NCBI GenBank assembly: GCA_019828565.1
Contig: JAHDYR010000053.1
Coordinates: 656,214 to 720,213, forward strand
Length of the DNA: 64,000 bases
Origin: Carpediemonas membranifera BICM
Lineage: Eukaryota > Protista > Fornicata
Direction of reading: 5' to 3'
Shown here: positions 63,389 to 64,000 of the stretch, in pieces
Layout of the letters: every line of letters starts with the position of its first letter
Numbering within the stretch: the first letter of the stretch is position 1
Position numbers and translations under genes: made by a program
Notes under the pieces: model-generated
Seen by the model: the letters and a program-made list of their open reading frames with translations, nothing else
Told to the model about the DNA's origin: nothing
The model's database searches: none

Positions 63389-64000
63389 GTCGAGGCACCC
63401 CCGCCAGCCAGCAGCATTGTAAATCTGGAGCGATGGAGTCGGGTTGACTGTAGTTGTGCGATTTGGCATGAAATATCTGATATTATCTGATATTTGGGTT
63501 TGGCTACACCGAGATTTCGGCACTCAAGAAGAAGATGGGATCATCGCACTCCAGAACCCTTGCTGGTGTCTATACAACCACTCAGGATATCGAAGAGGAA
63601 TCTAACCAAACGATTGAGCTTACATCGAAGCGCAGGACTCATCGTGCTAGGTAAAAACGCTATAGTGAGCTTATTGCGCACGCAATAAAAGGATACAACC
63701 GCGAAATCACTGCTTAATGGACGCATCAGTGTTGGCGTAGGAGCTTGTATGAACCAATTTCATGCTTCCGCTCGTCATTTGGCTTTTCACACATACATCT
63801 TCCAACGAATGGATGGAATTCAGGCACCACTCACTGGCAGACGCGAGGTCTGATTGTGTACAAAGCAACATAACAATATGGGCCTGGTTCTGTGAACGAG
63901 TTTCAGGTGGATTTGGACCCACGTCGGCCGCATAGCAACTCTGATTGAACGACGGTGTCTTGCGCCAAGTTTTCAAACGATGCCAGTCCAGTATGTCTCA

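Noticed and set aside
1-64000. tRNA, rRNA, CRISPR arrays or prokaryotic operon/defence systems
   Set aside because: None seen; the window is spliceosomal-intron-containing eukaryotic DNA.

Overview
Gene-dense eukaryotic nuclear DNA with about 35 protein-coding genes and short intergenic gaps. It has many ~29-34 nt GT-AG spliceosomal introns (5' GT[T/A][T/C]G, 3' end T[A/T/C]AC-x2/3-AG). Flagellar/basal-body genes (BBS9, DNAI1, CFAP97-like, WDR90-like) and this intron style suggest a flagellated protist, possibly a free-living metamonad/fornicate (inference). Most genes are housekeeping: RPS21, RPL15, RPS30, CCT8 x2, PFDN5, ARP2, ITPA, PRP5/DDX46, PP2Ac, alpha-tubulin, SET1, BRE1, NOT2, eIF1A, IST1, Snf7 and THOC5-like. 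The standout is a 332-aa intein with a decayed LAGLIDADG domain, inserted in the Walker A motif (GVNGVGK|S) of the nuclear SRP-receptor alpha gene. Other notable items: a near-identical 1854-bp inverted duplication of CCT8 flanking 8.5 kb, a 44-bp dispersed element upstream of two genes, a 105-nt RPS21 intron that folds to normal effective length, a non-LTR retrotransposon 3' relic, and a frameshifted, apparently membrane-anchored WNK kinase. All family calls come from motif recognition by eye; no searches were run.
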